In this document: one piece after another, positions 8,916 through 18,573 of the stretch | Layout of the letters: each line of letters begins with the position of its first letter | Position numbering within the stretch: the stretch's first letter is position 1 | Virus record (IMG/VR): IMGVR_UViG_3300020049_010822 | Coordinates: 1-64,000 of that record | DNA from: a virus | Taxonomy: Duplodnaviria > Caudoviricetes | Direction: 5' to 3' (one strand) | Length of the DNA stretch: 64,000 bases | Program-made: the position numbers and the translations under genes | The notes under the pieces: generated by a model | The model's database searches: none | Told to the model about the DNA's origin: nothing | The model's input: the letters and a program-made list of their open reading frames with translations, nothing else

Positions 8916-9191
8916 ATGTTTGAACCACCATTTGTTTATCTTCTCGCTTCAGGAGCCTTAATTCTAGGCATCCTGATTGGGATTATCACACGCCCATCGA
9001 GAAAAAAGTGTGAAAGCATCGCCGATGTGGAGGAAGCGGCCATTCTTGAAATCCGTGAGAAATTCTGGCATAAAGACATTTCTCATCGTACGTTTGCTGA
9101 AATGTGCGAAGAGATTCGTAGCGAGGCTCACGATGAAAAAGAGAAAATGGAGAGGCGTACAGTACGACTTCAAAAGAAACTTAAAAAATGA
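8916..9191 (+). CDS. membrane-anchored hypothetical protein
   Basis: N-terminal TM, TGA stop. Confidence 0.6.
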   Translation: MFEPPFVYLLASGALILGILIGIITRPSRKKCESIADVEEAAILEIREKFWHKDISHRTFAEMCEEIRSEAHDEKEKMERRTVRLQKKLKK

Positions 9192-9336
9192 TATTCCCAA
9201 GTGCCTTTAATAGCATCCTACAAAACGTTGTAGGGTATTATTATGGGAGTATTACCAACTAGCGCACAGGGCTTTAGGCACTATGTCCTTAGCTTGAGGT
9301 AGTATTCTCTTATTCCTAACTTTAAACATTTAAAAA

Positions 9337-10194
9337 ATGGATAACATTCGAATTGTTCCAACCATTCAGGCCAGAGAACGGCCTAAACCCACCTTCGTTC
9401 AATTCTTTTGGGCGTTGGTACTCATGTTTCAGAAACTTGAACGCAAACAGCGTGTCCATGTGGGCATTGCCTTCTTAACGATCACCATTCCGATCGGATT
9501 GTTATCGTTCGCTTTGATTTCTGAAGTAGTGGAAACTGCAGACAATCTACCCAAGCCAGTTCAATCTGTAGTATCTCCACTATCTCTTGCGCTACCTATA
9601 TCAGATCCAGCGCCTACAATCTTCCCTGCAGGAGAAACTGAAGTTCCGGATGATTCTGAGTATGTGCCGGAAGAGGATGAATTAGAAATTCCTAAGCCCG
9701 CGCCAAAGAAAAAGAAGAATGATGCAGCTCCTAGAGGAGTAAGGGAAATTATCCCCGCAAGCGCCGAAGCTTATATTGCAAAATATTCTATATATGCAAA
9801 AGAGTGCATGCGAAAATATAAAGTACCGGCTAGTATTAGTCTTGCGCAGGGATTAATTGAGAGTAATAGTGGTAAGAGTAATCTTGCCGTGAATGCTTTC
9901 AACCACTTTGGCATGAAGTGTTTTTCTAAAAACTGTCATAAAGGGCACTGTGTTAATGCCACAGATGATACCCACAAAGACTTCTTTCGCAAATACAAAT
10001 CTGTTGCGGAATCCTATGACGCACATGGAGTGTTGATTAGTGGAGGTAGGTATGCTTCTTTAAAAAAATACGGAAAAGATTACCGTAAATGGGCGTATGG
10101 ATTGAAATCGAAGGGGTACGCTACTGACAAGCTGTATGCTGAAAAATTAATTGGAATGATTAAACGCTATGGTTTGGACAGATATGATCGCTGA
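9337..10194 (+). CDS. membrane-anchored GH73 glucosaminidase (FlgJ-like peptidoglycan hydrolase)
   Basis: AQGLIES, NHFGMK, GYATD, YGLDRYD motifs; N-terminal TM and Pro/Glu linker; TGA is a true stop at domain end. Confidence 0.9.
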   Translation: MDNIRIVPTIQARERPKPTFVQFFWALVLMFQKLERKQRVHVGIAFLTITIPIGLLSFALISEVVETADNLPKPVQSVVSPLSLALPISDPAPTIFPAGETEVPDDSEYVPEEDELEIPKPAPKKKKNDAAPRGVREIIPASAEAYIAKYSIYAKECMRKYKVPASISLAQGLIESNSGKSNLAVNAFNHFGMKCFSKNCHKGHCVNATDDTHKDFFRKYKSVAESYDAHGVLISGGRYASLKKYGKDYRKWAYGLKSKGYATDKLYAEKLIGMIKRYGLDRYDR

Positions 10195-10238
10195 TTACAA
10201 CATGGGGGGCGGCTAACCAAAACCGCCCCCACATTAAC

Positions 10239-11246
10239 ATGACACTTCAAGAGTTTCGGAATCACATGAATCCGCGCTTTTCCTACATGGAGAGCGCGAT
10301 AGATTCTATCTACTTTGCAATTCAAAAGAAACAGCACTGCTTGCTGTTCGGACCTGGTGGCCACGCTAAATCCACTATTGTGGAAGAAGCCATCAAACTA
10401 TTTATCGGAGAGGCTGCGTTCTATAAGGACGTATTCATCGCAAACTGCGCTGAGGACATGGACAGCACTCCCATTATGGGTTATGATGATATCCCTTCAC
10501 TTAAAGCTGGTAAGCTCAAAAAAGTGTTGGATGATACCGTCTTCCTGAAAAACGATTACGCCATATTGGAAGAAGGCCTAGATGCCCCTCCAATGCTAAT
10601 CAACGCACTCAAAGACCCGCTTATGCGCGGTTATGTATGTATCAATGGCACTTGCATGCCAAATCGCCTTAAATCTTTGTTTATCTGCACGAACGTAGAC
10701 CCAGTAAAATGGGCGGGCAAAGACAATTCACGCTTAGCGCTTCTCCAACGCTTCACCTACTCTATTGAGGTGAAATGGCCATCTTACGATTACAAACATT
10801 GGGAAGGCTTTTTGAAAAAGAGGAGCATTCATAATCCCATTATTGCAAAGTTTGCCGAGATAGCCCATATTGAAAAGTGGGAAATCTCTCCTCGCTCTGT
10901 TGAAAAGATGTCTGGACTCTATACAGAGTTCGGAATTCAAGCCCTCGAAAACTTTGAACGGATACCAGCAAATGTCCTTCAAAAGTGGAAAGACTATGAA
11001 AAGAACATTCCGTTCATAAAAGAGATTTGCAATCTTCAGCTGAGGGTGGAAGCCATGCGCACCATGCCTCTGCATGAACGTGGAAATGAGATGATACGCA
11101 TAACGAAAATTGCCCGCTCAATCAAGGGTATTCCTGTGGATGGCGGCTTCTCTGAGCAACTCAAACAATGTCTCGTGGATGCGAAAGCCATCGCTAATGC
11201 GGCAGTGGAAGCCGCAGACCAAGTTACAAAAACCGTAGTAATCTAG
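10239..11246 (+). CDS. MoxR/RavA-like AAA+ ATPase
   Basis: GPGGHAKS Walker A, ILEE Walker B, CTN sensor, ALLQRF Arg finger; adjacent VWA gene. Confidence 0.8.
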   Translation: MTLQEFRNHMNPRFSYMESAIDSIYFAIQKKQHCLLFGPGGHAKSTIVEEAIKLFIGEAAFYKDVFIANCAEDMDSTPIMGYDDIPSLKAGKLKKVLDDTVFLKNDYAILEEGLDAPPMLINALKDPLMRGYVCINGTCMPNRLKSLFICTNVDPVKWAGKDNSRLALLQRFTYSIEVKWPSYDYKHWEGFLKKRSIHNPIIAKFAEIAHIEKWEISPRSVEKMSGLYTEFGIQALENFERIPANVLQKWKDYEKNIPFIKEICNLQLRVEAMRTMPLHERGNEMIRITKIARSIKGIPVDGGFSEQLKQCLVDAKAIANAAVEAADQVTKTVVI

Positions 11247-11253
11247 TACTAGT

Positions 11254-12531
11254 ATGGTAGAAGATGAAGATGAACTATATGAAGCTCTCCTACAAGCCTA
11301 TGGAGACCCAGAAGAAGCGATACAAAAGTATCGTCTTATGACTGGGAATACCCCAAAAGTTTCTACAGTAGGAATTGATTGGCATCCTAATTGGATCCAA
11401 CATCCTGAAAATCCCCAAGAGTTAAACAAATACCTGGACCTTAGAGCTTCAGGAAACGCGCAATTAACTGCTCAAATCGCTCAAATTATGTCACATATGG
11501 TCTATGGAGAAGATGATTTCGATCTCTCCTTCATGGACGAGCAGTATCGTAAACCACTAGAATCTCTTTTGCCTACACTGGCTGAAGAACCTGGTGGAAT
11601 ATACGAGATGGCAGATCTCGCTGCTAGATATGTGATGATAAATCGAAACGAGAAAAAACAGAAGTCGCCCCAACAGGCGGCTGAAGAGTTTAAAGAGTTA
11701 GTTGAGGAGACCAAAAAACAAAAGGCCAAGAAACAGGCCTTTGGAAACCGGGGCGGTCCTCATGGGGGTCGTCTTTGGCAGGGTCCTCCTCATGAACAAT
11801 TTTTCGTGGGAGAAAGCAGTGGTAGTTGGCCCCAAATCCAAAATATGGACATAGTGAAGAATGGGGCTAAAGCAGATAATAAACTGAAATTGGGAAAGCC
11901 TAAAGTGACGTATCTACGTCGCATGGCTAGGTCAGTTAATGAGATTAAATATTGTCGACCTGCTACTCTCGCGTTGCCAGATGATGTTTTTTGGATGAAA
12001 TATGCTCAAGGACAGCTTGAGGTATTTATACCTCAAAAACAAATAATCCAAAAGCAAATAAAAATAGTATTACTAGACGATTCGTTGTCTATGCGTCACG
12101 GTTCTAAAATAAAGTGGCTGCAACGTATTTTCAATACTTTATTTGAAGAAGTGTTGAATGGAAATTCCATTATGTATTTTGCCCCCTTTACTCACACTAG
12201 AAATCCTCTATGGAAAATAGAAACTCCTGAAGACGTAGAAAACCTTAAAAAGGATTTTCGTTCAGGTACTGGCGGCGGTACAGAAATAGGAGACATCTTA
12301 AAAGAGATGATTCCAAAAATACAAGCAGGGGAGATCGACGGACATCCAATTCACGATAGGACAGAGACCTTAATCATCAATGATGGTCAAGATGCTGTTT
12401 ATTCTATAACACCCCCCATTCCAATTCATAGCATTAGCGTTGAAGAAGAAAACACAGGGTTAAAACAATTGTGCCATGACAGCGGAGGACAGTACTTCCT
12501 TGCTACAGGTGGAAATTTACAGTTATTATAA
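11254..12531 (+). CDS. VWA (ViaA-like) domain protein
   Basis: MIDAS LLDDSLSM, GGGTEI, INDG. Confidence 0.85.
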   Translation: MVEDEDELYEALLQAYGDPEEAIQKYRLMTGNTPKVSTVGIDWHPNWIQHPENPQELNKYLDLRASGNAQLTAQIAQIMSHMVYGEDDFDLSFMDEQYRKPLESLLPTLAEEPGGIYEMADLAARYVMINRNEKKQKSPQQAAEEFKELVEETKKQKAKKQAFGNRGGPHGGRLWQGPPHEQFFVGESSGSWPQIQNMDIVKNGAKADNKLKLGKPKVTYLRRMARSVNEIKYCRPATLALPDDVFWMKYAQGQLEVFIPQKQIIQKQIKIVLLDDSLSMRHGSKIKWLQRIFNTLFEEVLNGNSIMYFAPFTHTRNPLWKIETPEDVENLKKDFRSGTGGGTEIGDILKEMIPKIQAGEIDGHPIHDRTETLIINDGQDAVYSITPPIPIHSISVEEENTGLKQLCHDSGGQYFLATGGNLQLL

Positions 12532-12832
12532 TTGTTTCCCATCTTGTAACAAGTTAAGACCAGCGGTGCGATTGCCTGCGGGTTTGTTCGCACTGTCAAA
12601 TTCTATACCTTATAAAAATCAATACATCCAGATCGAAGCTAAACAGGTGCTATCAACCCACTTTAAAGCTAAAAAAAACGTTGTGTATCTTATTAAAGCT
12701 GAACCATCAGCTTATAGATATAATAATGTTTCTGGGGGTATATTAGCTCTCGAAAAACCACATGAAAAAAAATTCTTGGGGCTTACGTCCCAAAACTCAC
12801 ATATTTTCTCACTCACTCAACACAACAAAGCA

Positions 12833-13642
12833 ATGAAATTATTGCAAATCGCTTTTCCTCAAATGCAAGGAGCCACAAAAGAAACATTTGGCCTGAGCGC
12901 TGAATCATCCTTTACTCCTGAAACAGCGTATGATCTTTGTCTGCGGCAAAGCAACGGGGACACACTGACAGAGCCTGAACAAGCTTTAGCGTCGTCTGAC
13001 GCATGGCTGCAGATCTTCAGAAATGTGCAACGTGTTCAATTGAACACCGTACTTCCAAACTTACCGTTTCCTGCCGCCACGATCGAAATGGTTGCTGCTA
13101 TTCCTCAAGACCGATTGAACGACAGTGTTGAATACGCCGAAGCAGTTCTCTCTGGGAATCCTGCTGAAGCCGGTTCTATCTCCGCATTGGGCGTGGAAGG
13201 ACTGACAGAATGGCTCGGTGCTGCCGACCTTACGGCTTACCAGACCCCGGCTGCTCCAGAAGATGTAAAGGCGGCTATCGAAAACGCCATTGAAGCTCCA
13301 GCGGAAGAAGTTCCAGCCGAAACGACTGTTGCTGCAGAAGAAGCCCCTGCTCAAGAAGAAGTCCCTGTCGAAGAAACAACTCAAACAGAAAACCTGCCTG
13401 CACCCCCAATCAACGCTACAACTTCTGTAGTGGTACCCGGAGGTAAACTGTACACAGCGGCATCCACGGTTGTAGGCTTGCGCGATCAAGTGCAAGCAAA
13501 CATTGCTGCTCAACAAGAAACTCTCCAGCAAATTGACAAGGTGATTATTGCGGGATTTCTTAATAACGCGGCTGAATTGGATGCCGTAGCTGGGTTGCCT
13601 GCCACCACTGAAGCAACAGAAACACTCGCTGTAGAGGCGTAG
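12833..13642 (+). CDS. acidic Ala/Glu-rich hypothetical protein (frame open upstream to 12476)
   Basis: likely start MKLLQIAFPQ at 12833 after A/C-rich leader; followed by terminator. Confidence 0.65.
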   Translation: MKLLQIAFPQMQGATKETFGLSAESSFTPETAYDLCLRQSNGDTLTEPEQALASSDAWLQIFRNVQRVQLNTVLPNLPFPAATIEMVAAIPQDRLNDSVEYAEAVLSGNPAEAGSISALGVEGLTEWLGAADLTAYQTPAAPEDVKAAIENAIEAPAEEVPAETTVAAEEAPAQEEVPVEETTQTENLPAPPINATTSVVVPGGKLYTAASTVVGLRDQVQANIAAQQETLQQIDKVIIAGFLNNAAELDAVAGLPATTEATETLAVEA

Positions 13643-13681
13643 TCGCAGGTAAAAGCAAAAATCATTGTGTAGTTCACTAAA

Positions 13682-13716
13682 TTCCCCTGCTCTCTTCGGA
13701 GGGTGGGGGTAATTTT
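13682..13716 (+). terminator. intrinsic terminator
   Basis: GC stem with TTCG loop followed by T/A tract. Confidence 0.6.
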
Positions 13717-13732
13717 AAAAAACTAGTTTATT

Positions 13733-14356
13733 ATGCCAGCACAAACAATGCGCTATAAAAACCTAAGCTACTTTCTGCCTGAGGCGGGGGATCTGGTTAT
13801 GAAACCAGGTAAGACTCCATATGTCTCACTTCGTTGCACGGCAGCAAAAGCTCCGGACGAGTGGGTATCAGTCAATCTACCACCTACTTTGGCCGCGTCT
13901 GCGAAGGTTACTCTAGATTCATTCGTGGCTCAAGGGTATGAAGTTGAAGACTTCTGTCTAAGGGGCACCCTGACGTTCGAACCATTCGGATACGATTTAA
14001 ACGAATCACTCGAAATCCACAAAAAAGTTCGCGTGTTAAAAGTTAAAACCCCCCATTTTGTAGGAACCCAGGTTATTAACTTGGATGAGTTCGAAATTCG
14101 TTCTTCTGAGAGGCCCATTCTCCACATCAGTCCAGCAACAGGGGAAGTAATGCACCGTAAGAAGCAAAGTACGATGGTGATGGGAAACATTACGAATTTC
14201 ATAAATGAGGCAAAGTCGGCACGTGATGCGGAAAGGGATTTCAAATATGCACATTTGTTTATTTGGAAACGTCGCAGTAGAACCTCTCTGCTTTTGCAAG
14301 AATTCATCGAGGAACTGGAAAAAATAGTCACCCCCACAAAAATACTTGTAATATGA
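13733..14356 (+). CDS. hypothetical protein
   Basis: 207 aa; ATGA overlap, TGA-TAA tandem stop. Confidence 0.7.
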   Translation: MPAQTMRYKNLSYFLPEAGDLVMKPGKTPYVSLRCTAAKAPDEWVSVNLPPTLAASAKVTLDSFVAQGYEVEDFCLRGTLTFEPFGYDLNESLEIHKKVRVLKVKTPHFVGTQVINLDEFEIRSSERPILHISPATGEVMHRKKQSTMVMGNITNFINEAKSARDAERDFKYAHLFIWKRRSRTSLLLQEFIEELEKIVTPTKILVI

Positions 14357-14820
14357 TAAAGGGCCAAGGTAGCATTATAAAACCACGTCCACTTCCAGTT
14401 TGGTATTGGTCAGGATTAACAATGCGTCCAAGAATGAATTCTTGCGAAGTGGAAATGAAAATCAACATCTCCAAGAAACAAGCGGAAGCTTTAGATCCGG
14501 CTAAAAGGGAAGAGGCTGAACTTACTATTCACACCCTTCTCAACCCTTTATATTTGTCGAATTTTTATGTGGTGAGATGTAATCTTGAAAATCCACAAAA
14601 AGGAGGAAACGGAAAAAGTCTATTTTTCGGTACCATCATAATACGTGGACATTTAACACTTCAAGAAATGCAGGAACGCTCTTGGTCCAGTCATATTTTA
14701 GCTTTACGCACAAACATTCGAAAATATGTGGTGGAAATTACTGGCGTTAAGTTTAGTCGTGTTCGCGTTTTACGCGGAAAAGATCGAAAAAAGCAGCGTG
14801 TTTTACACCTGCAAAATTGA
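14353..14820 (+). CDS. hypothetical protein
   Basis: 155-aa ORF. Confidence 0.6.
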   Translation: MIKGQGSIIKPRPLPVWYWSGLTMRPRMNSCEVEMKINISKKQAEALDPAKREEAELTIHTLLNPLYLSNFYVVRCNLENPQKGGNGKSLFFGTIIIRGHLTLQEMQERSWSSHILALRTNIRKYVVEITGVKFSRVRVLRGKDRKKQRVLHLQN

Positions 14821-15247
14821 AAATAAAGCCGTATTAGACAGTGCTAACGTATTTAAATCGTGGAGTGTCTTTTTAGAACGTCGCGGTATCAAATTTAGTG
14901 AGGTCGTAGCTGGACAAATGTTGCACGAAACGTATTTCTTTACGTCCTCCGTATATAAAAATTGTCACAATCCTTTCGGCATGAAAATGAATGGAAGGGG
15001 ATTGGCAAAAGGTGTATGTGAAGGGCATGCTTACTACAACACTGTTCTTGACGCGATCGAGGATTATCGGTTGTATCAAGCTCGAATGTTGTATTTAGCA
15101 AAAAAACAAGGACGTCCTTGTGTAACAAATGACGATTACTTTGAACTACTTTGTGATCTTCCTCATTTGAGAGGTCACAGGTATGCGGAGGACTTAGACT
15201 ATGTTAAAAAAGTAAAGGCCAGAATGGTCTACACTAAGAATCTGTAG
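14726..15247 (+). CDS. secreted GH73-like glucosaminidase
   Basis: signal peptide; VAGQMLHET, NPFGMK, RYAEDLDY motifs. Confidence 0.8.
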   Translation: MWWKLLALSLVVFAFYAEKIEKSSVFYTCKIENKAVLDSANVFKSWSVFLERRGIKFSEVVAGQMLHETYFFTSSVYKNCHNPFGMKMNGRGLAKGVCEGHAYYNTVLDAIEDYRLYQARMLYLAKKQGRPCVTNDDYFELLCDLPHLRGHRYAEDLDYVKKVKARMVYTKNL

Positions 15248-15498
15248 GGTCTCGTCCGTAGGGCCTTATATTGTCTATCTGGGGCATCATCAGCTTCAGA
15301 TGGTATGCGGAACGATTCGGTGGGCAGCCCGGCCTCAATCTAGATTCCATAGCGAATATCTTTATCGCATGTGTTGCCTTTTTAGCCCTTTTTAGGCTGG
15401 GGAGGTGGTGTGTGCTCAAGGGGATTAGTAGTCGTGGACCAGCAGCTGCCAGGCATAGTGGCTGCCTGCCGTATTTTTAACTCTCTAACACTTTAAAC

Positions 15499-16938
15499 AT
15501 GTTACTATTATCGTTCTGGTGGACAGTAATGCCCATCGTATTTGTACTAGGAACCATTGCGTTCCTATTCATTTCGTACACCTACAAAAAAGAGCTAGCG
15601 GCTACCGCCGAAGCAGCTGTAGACGCAATTGTGGAAACGTCCGACGTCGTATCAGATGGACTCAACAAAGTGGCGAACTCAATCAAGAGTTTAGCCGTTT
15701 ACCAACCTCAGGATAGAAAGGAAAACTTTCTTATATCTGCGTTGGGTAACGCTGCCTATAGCACCATACAAATGTCCAATTCGGACATGGTGGTCAACGT
15801 GTTGATTCAAAGATTAATTGAAAAGGGCTGGACGGTGGAGGCAGAATTCAAAGACGTCGACTACAATGGACAAAGCTCGCATGTCGTATGCTCTAAAGAG
15901 CTGGACGATGAAGGAGGGCCAGAAGTGGCTGTACTTGAGTTTAAATTGCAGGACTATCCTCTTGAACGCATCAAGTCCAAAAACACCGGCCTCGACTTGA
16001 CAAAATTTGCCGTTGGAGATGAGATCACCATTACGGATGGGATTAAAGTAAGTGTCACGGATTGTGACATGGATTGCCAGCTGGAGCTTCGCAGCATCAT
16101 AAAAGATGCTTGTACAGCTGCGACAGTCCAAGTACAACACTACGCCAAATCCAGAACAGGAGTAATTCCCACAAAAGTGTACAGTCCTGAATACGGACAA
16201 TTTGTGGACGACACCATTGCTACTTCCAAAACATCTGCAGCAATCCTGGAACTATCGTACAATATTAATCGCCGCAAAGTAGGCGCTAATGCTGCTACGG
16301 AACAATACAAGCTGAAGATTGCGAAGTTCATTGACGTTGTAGTACAAACCACGGCGCCCAAAGACGAACACGGAAATCCAGAACAAGGACGACGTTTCAA
16401 CATTGGTCTTACTGGACCTGCGTCCAGTGGGAAGTCTTATCTTCTCAAAGCTTTGCTTGAAGCTGGATCCAAGGGTGGTGTGACCGTTGTCAAGTCGACG
16501 GCCGATTCATTTGCAACCTTCAAAAACGACCAAAAGGCAATGACCAATCTGAAGAGGTTGGCTGAACGTGGGCCGACCTGGTTAGTGATTGACGAAGCCA
16601 ATGGATTGCCTAAAGACCTGGTTGCAGCGCTTGCTTCCGTCATGGATGGTTTGGACTCATCTCCAAATCTGTCTATCATTCTCGCTACAAATCGCGACGC
16701 AGATCTCACCGACACTGATATCAGTAATCTATTCCGGGAAGGAAGAGTTGATCTGCTATTGGATGCTGGTGATTTGGAACCTGCTCAGTGGAAGCCTTTG
16801 TTGGGAAAACTCAAAGAGGAAAATCCAGAATTGGTGTGGACAGACCCAAAAGAAGAAGCGCCAATGACATTGGGAAAAGTCTACGCTTGTGGACAACCCA
16901 AGAGCCTGGAGGGGATCTTCTCCACCATGACAATCTAA
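15499..16938 (+). CDS. membrane-anchored AAA+ ATPase
   Basis: N-terminal TM; GPASSGKS, VIDEA, ATN, REGRVD (second region of homology). Confidence 0.85.
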   Translation: MLLLSFWWTVMPIVFVLGTIAFLFISYTYKKELAATAEAAVDAIVETSDVVSDGLNKVANSIKSLAVYQPQDRKENFLISALGNAAYSTIQMSNSDMVVNVLIQRLIEKGWTVEAEFKDVDYNGQSSHVVCSKELDDEGGPEVAVLEFKLQDYPLERIKSKNTGLDLTKFAVGDEITITDGIKVSVTDCDMDCQLELRSIIKDACTAATVQVQHYAKSRTGVIPTKVYSPEYGQFVDDTIATSKTSAAILELSYNINRRKVGANAATEQYKLKIAKFIDVVVQTTAPKDEHGNPEQGRRFNIGLTGPASSGKSYLLKALLEAGSKGGVTVVKSTADSFATFKNDQKAMTNLKRLAERGPTWLVIDEANGLPKDLVAALASVMDGLDSSPNLSIILATNRDADLTDTDISNLFREGRVDLLLDAGDLEPAQWKPLLGKLKEENPELVWTDPKEEAPMTLGKVYACGQPKSLEGIFSTMTI

Positions 16939-16945
16939 CTCGAAA

Positions 16946-16990
16946 GGGCAGTGGTTTTCAATCTAGAATTCCACTGCCCCTAACTTTTTC
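16946..16990 (+). terminator. intrinsic terminator
   Basis: GGGCAGTGG/CCACTGCCC stem then T-rich tail. Confidence 0.65.
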
Positions 16991-16993
16991 AAT

Positions 16994-17641
16994 ATGTTAA
17001 AAGGCAATTTTGTAAGAGAGACCTTAAAAAAAGGTCAAATCTTAGACTTACCAGAGTTCGTTGTAAAATCTTTAAACTCTACCTCTGGATTAGCTGTTAT
17101 TGTCTTTGTTGATAGCAAAGTGGAATTAACAGTTCCGTTTTGTTTTCCTCCGTTAGGTATATCCCAATATGGAGCTGATGGGTACATGCAGCCAGAGTTG
17201 TTGCCATACACCCATACAGGATTCATCATGGATAGGAACAGTGATAATAAGGTACGGCATCGTTCTAGTGCGGGAGAATGGATACAAATGAAATTGGATC
17301 GAAATTTTGATCTCAACGGAGAGTTTGTACTTTTACCTGTAGGAAAGGAAGCAATATACTACACCTCAATGCGTTGGAAAGATGCTCCAGCACATTTTAA
17401 GGAACATTGTGAGTCCTGGATTAATAGAAGTTTTAAGTCCAAGGGTTCAGTATACGCAATACGGGATGTAGATTCAAAAGTCTTTCACAGTTCGCTTCTG
17501 TTATCGAAAGTCACAACAAACAAAAGAAAATATACAATTTTCATGCTCTTTGAAGAGAGTGTGATTTACCCTATTCCGGGGGAAGTGCTTCTGAGAAAAA
17601 TTGCATACAAAATTAATGAAATTAATAATAAACCATCCTAG
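16994..17641 (+). CDS. hypothetical protein
   Basis: 215-aa ORF. Confidence 0.65.
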   Translation: MLKGNFVRETLKKGQILDLPEFVVKSLNSTSGLAVIVFVDSKVELTVPFCFPPLGISQYGADGYMQPELLPYTHTGFIMDRNSDNKVRHRSSAGEWIQMKLDRNFDLNGEFVLLPVGKEAIYYTSMRWKDAPAHFKEHCESWINRSFKSKGSVYAIRDVDSKVFHSSLLLSKVTTNKRKYTIFMLFEESVIYPIPGEVLLRKIAYKINEINNKPS

Positions 17642-18173
17642 CGAAAATGGGAATCGACGTGTGAAGTTGATCCCCGCCGTAAAAGATATTGTGTTTGATT
17701 ATGGCTATGAATTTCCTGTGGGAGTACAAAATCCTGCAGTTAAGTTAATTTTACCGGATAATGATACGTATGCGTTACTGAACGCGGAAGATCCGCAAGA
17801 ATTAACAAGAATGTTAAAGCAAAAATTAAGACAAAAGGTAACAATTGAATTACCTTTGTCTGTACTTGATAAAGGCGTGTCTTTAACAGAAACTCTTGGA
17901 GAAATGCCTATCGATGTAGAGAATTGGGTAAAAAACGTACCTTTACGTCAATTTCGAAATACCGAGGCTGCTCAACCCTTCTATAAAGGAGAATGGACTG
18001 CTCTAGAAAATGGAAATTGTTACCCCATATTGAAAAAAAATTCTGCGGCCTTAGCAGATCTTTGGGCAGCCACTATGCCCACGCCAGGCCGTTTATCTCA
18101 CCATTCTAAAATCAACTATTTCCATGCGTTACTTATTATTTTTCGCGCTCTCCATTCTGATGTTCGCTTGTGA
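17601..18173 (+). CDS. hypothetical protein
   Basis: 190-aa ORF, start uncertain. Confidence 0.6.
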   Translation: MHTKLMKLIINHPSENGNRRVKLIPAVKDIVFDYGYEFPVGVQNPAVKLILPDNDTYALLNAEDPQELTRMLKQKLRQKVTIELPLSVLDKGVSLTETLGEMPIDVENWVKNVPLRQFRNTEAAQPFYKGEWTALENGNCYPILKKNSAALADLWAATMPTPGRLSHHSKINYFHALLIIFRALHSDVRL

Positions 18174-18573
18174 TGATCCAGGGGAACAACCGTGGCAAGC
18201 CCCGCCGATCCCATATGGTACAGATACTATTGAAACCAATACTATCGTAATGGATTCCGTTCCAGAACCAGTAGCCATGACCAACATGGAGTTGCGCATC
18301 AACTTGGCTCAGATTGCCGGAGCAGGGGCTCCCACTCGTGTAGTTGTTACAGCAGACCTGGAGGATGGAGAAATCGTTGGATATTCTGTCACTACCTCTG
18401 CTCGTAAAAAATCAACTGCTAAACCACACGTTGAAAAACCAAATGTCTGTGCTAGCTGTTATGTTATAAAAGCTGGTGACACCAAAACCAATTTGGCTAA
18501 ACGTTTTCATATTGGCCAAGATCAAATCAAGAATAAAACGTTAATAATCGGACAAAAACTCATTGTAGAATGA
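18124..18573 (+). CDS. LysM-domain lipoprotein
   Basis: LMFAC lipobox; C-terminal YVIKAGDT...LAKRF...LIIGQKL LysM signature. Confidence 0.8.
   Translation: MRYLLFFALSILMFACDDPGEQPWQAPPIPYGTDTIETNTIVMDSVPEPVAMTNMELRINLAQIAGAGAPTRVVVTADLEDGEIVGYSVTTSARKKSTAKPHVEKPNVCASCYVIKAGDTKTNLAKRFHIGQDQIKNKTLIIGQKLIVE

Noticed and set aside
9263-9272. CGCACAGGGC resembling the start of a c-di-GMP-I riboswitch
   Set aside because: Lacks the following GCAAA and GNRA/receptor core.
15283-15300. Minus-strand CTGATGA as a hammerhead core
   Set aside because: No correctly placed GAAA with stem II.
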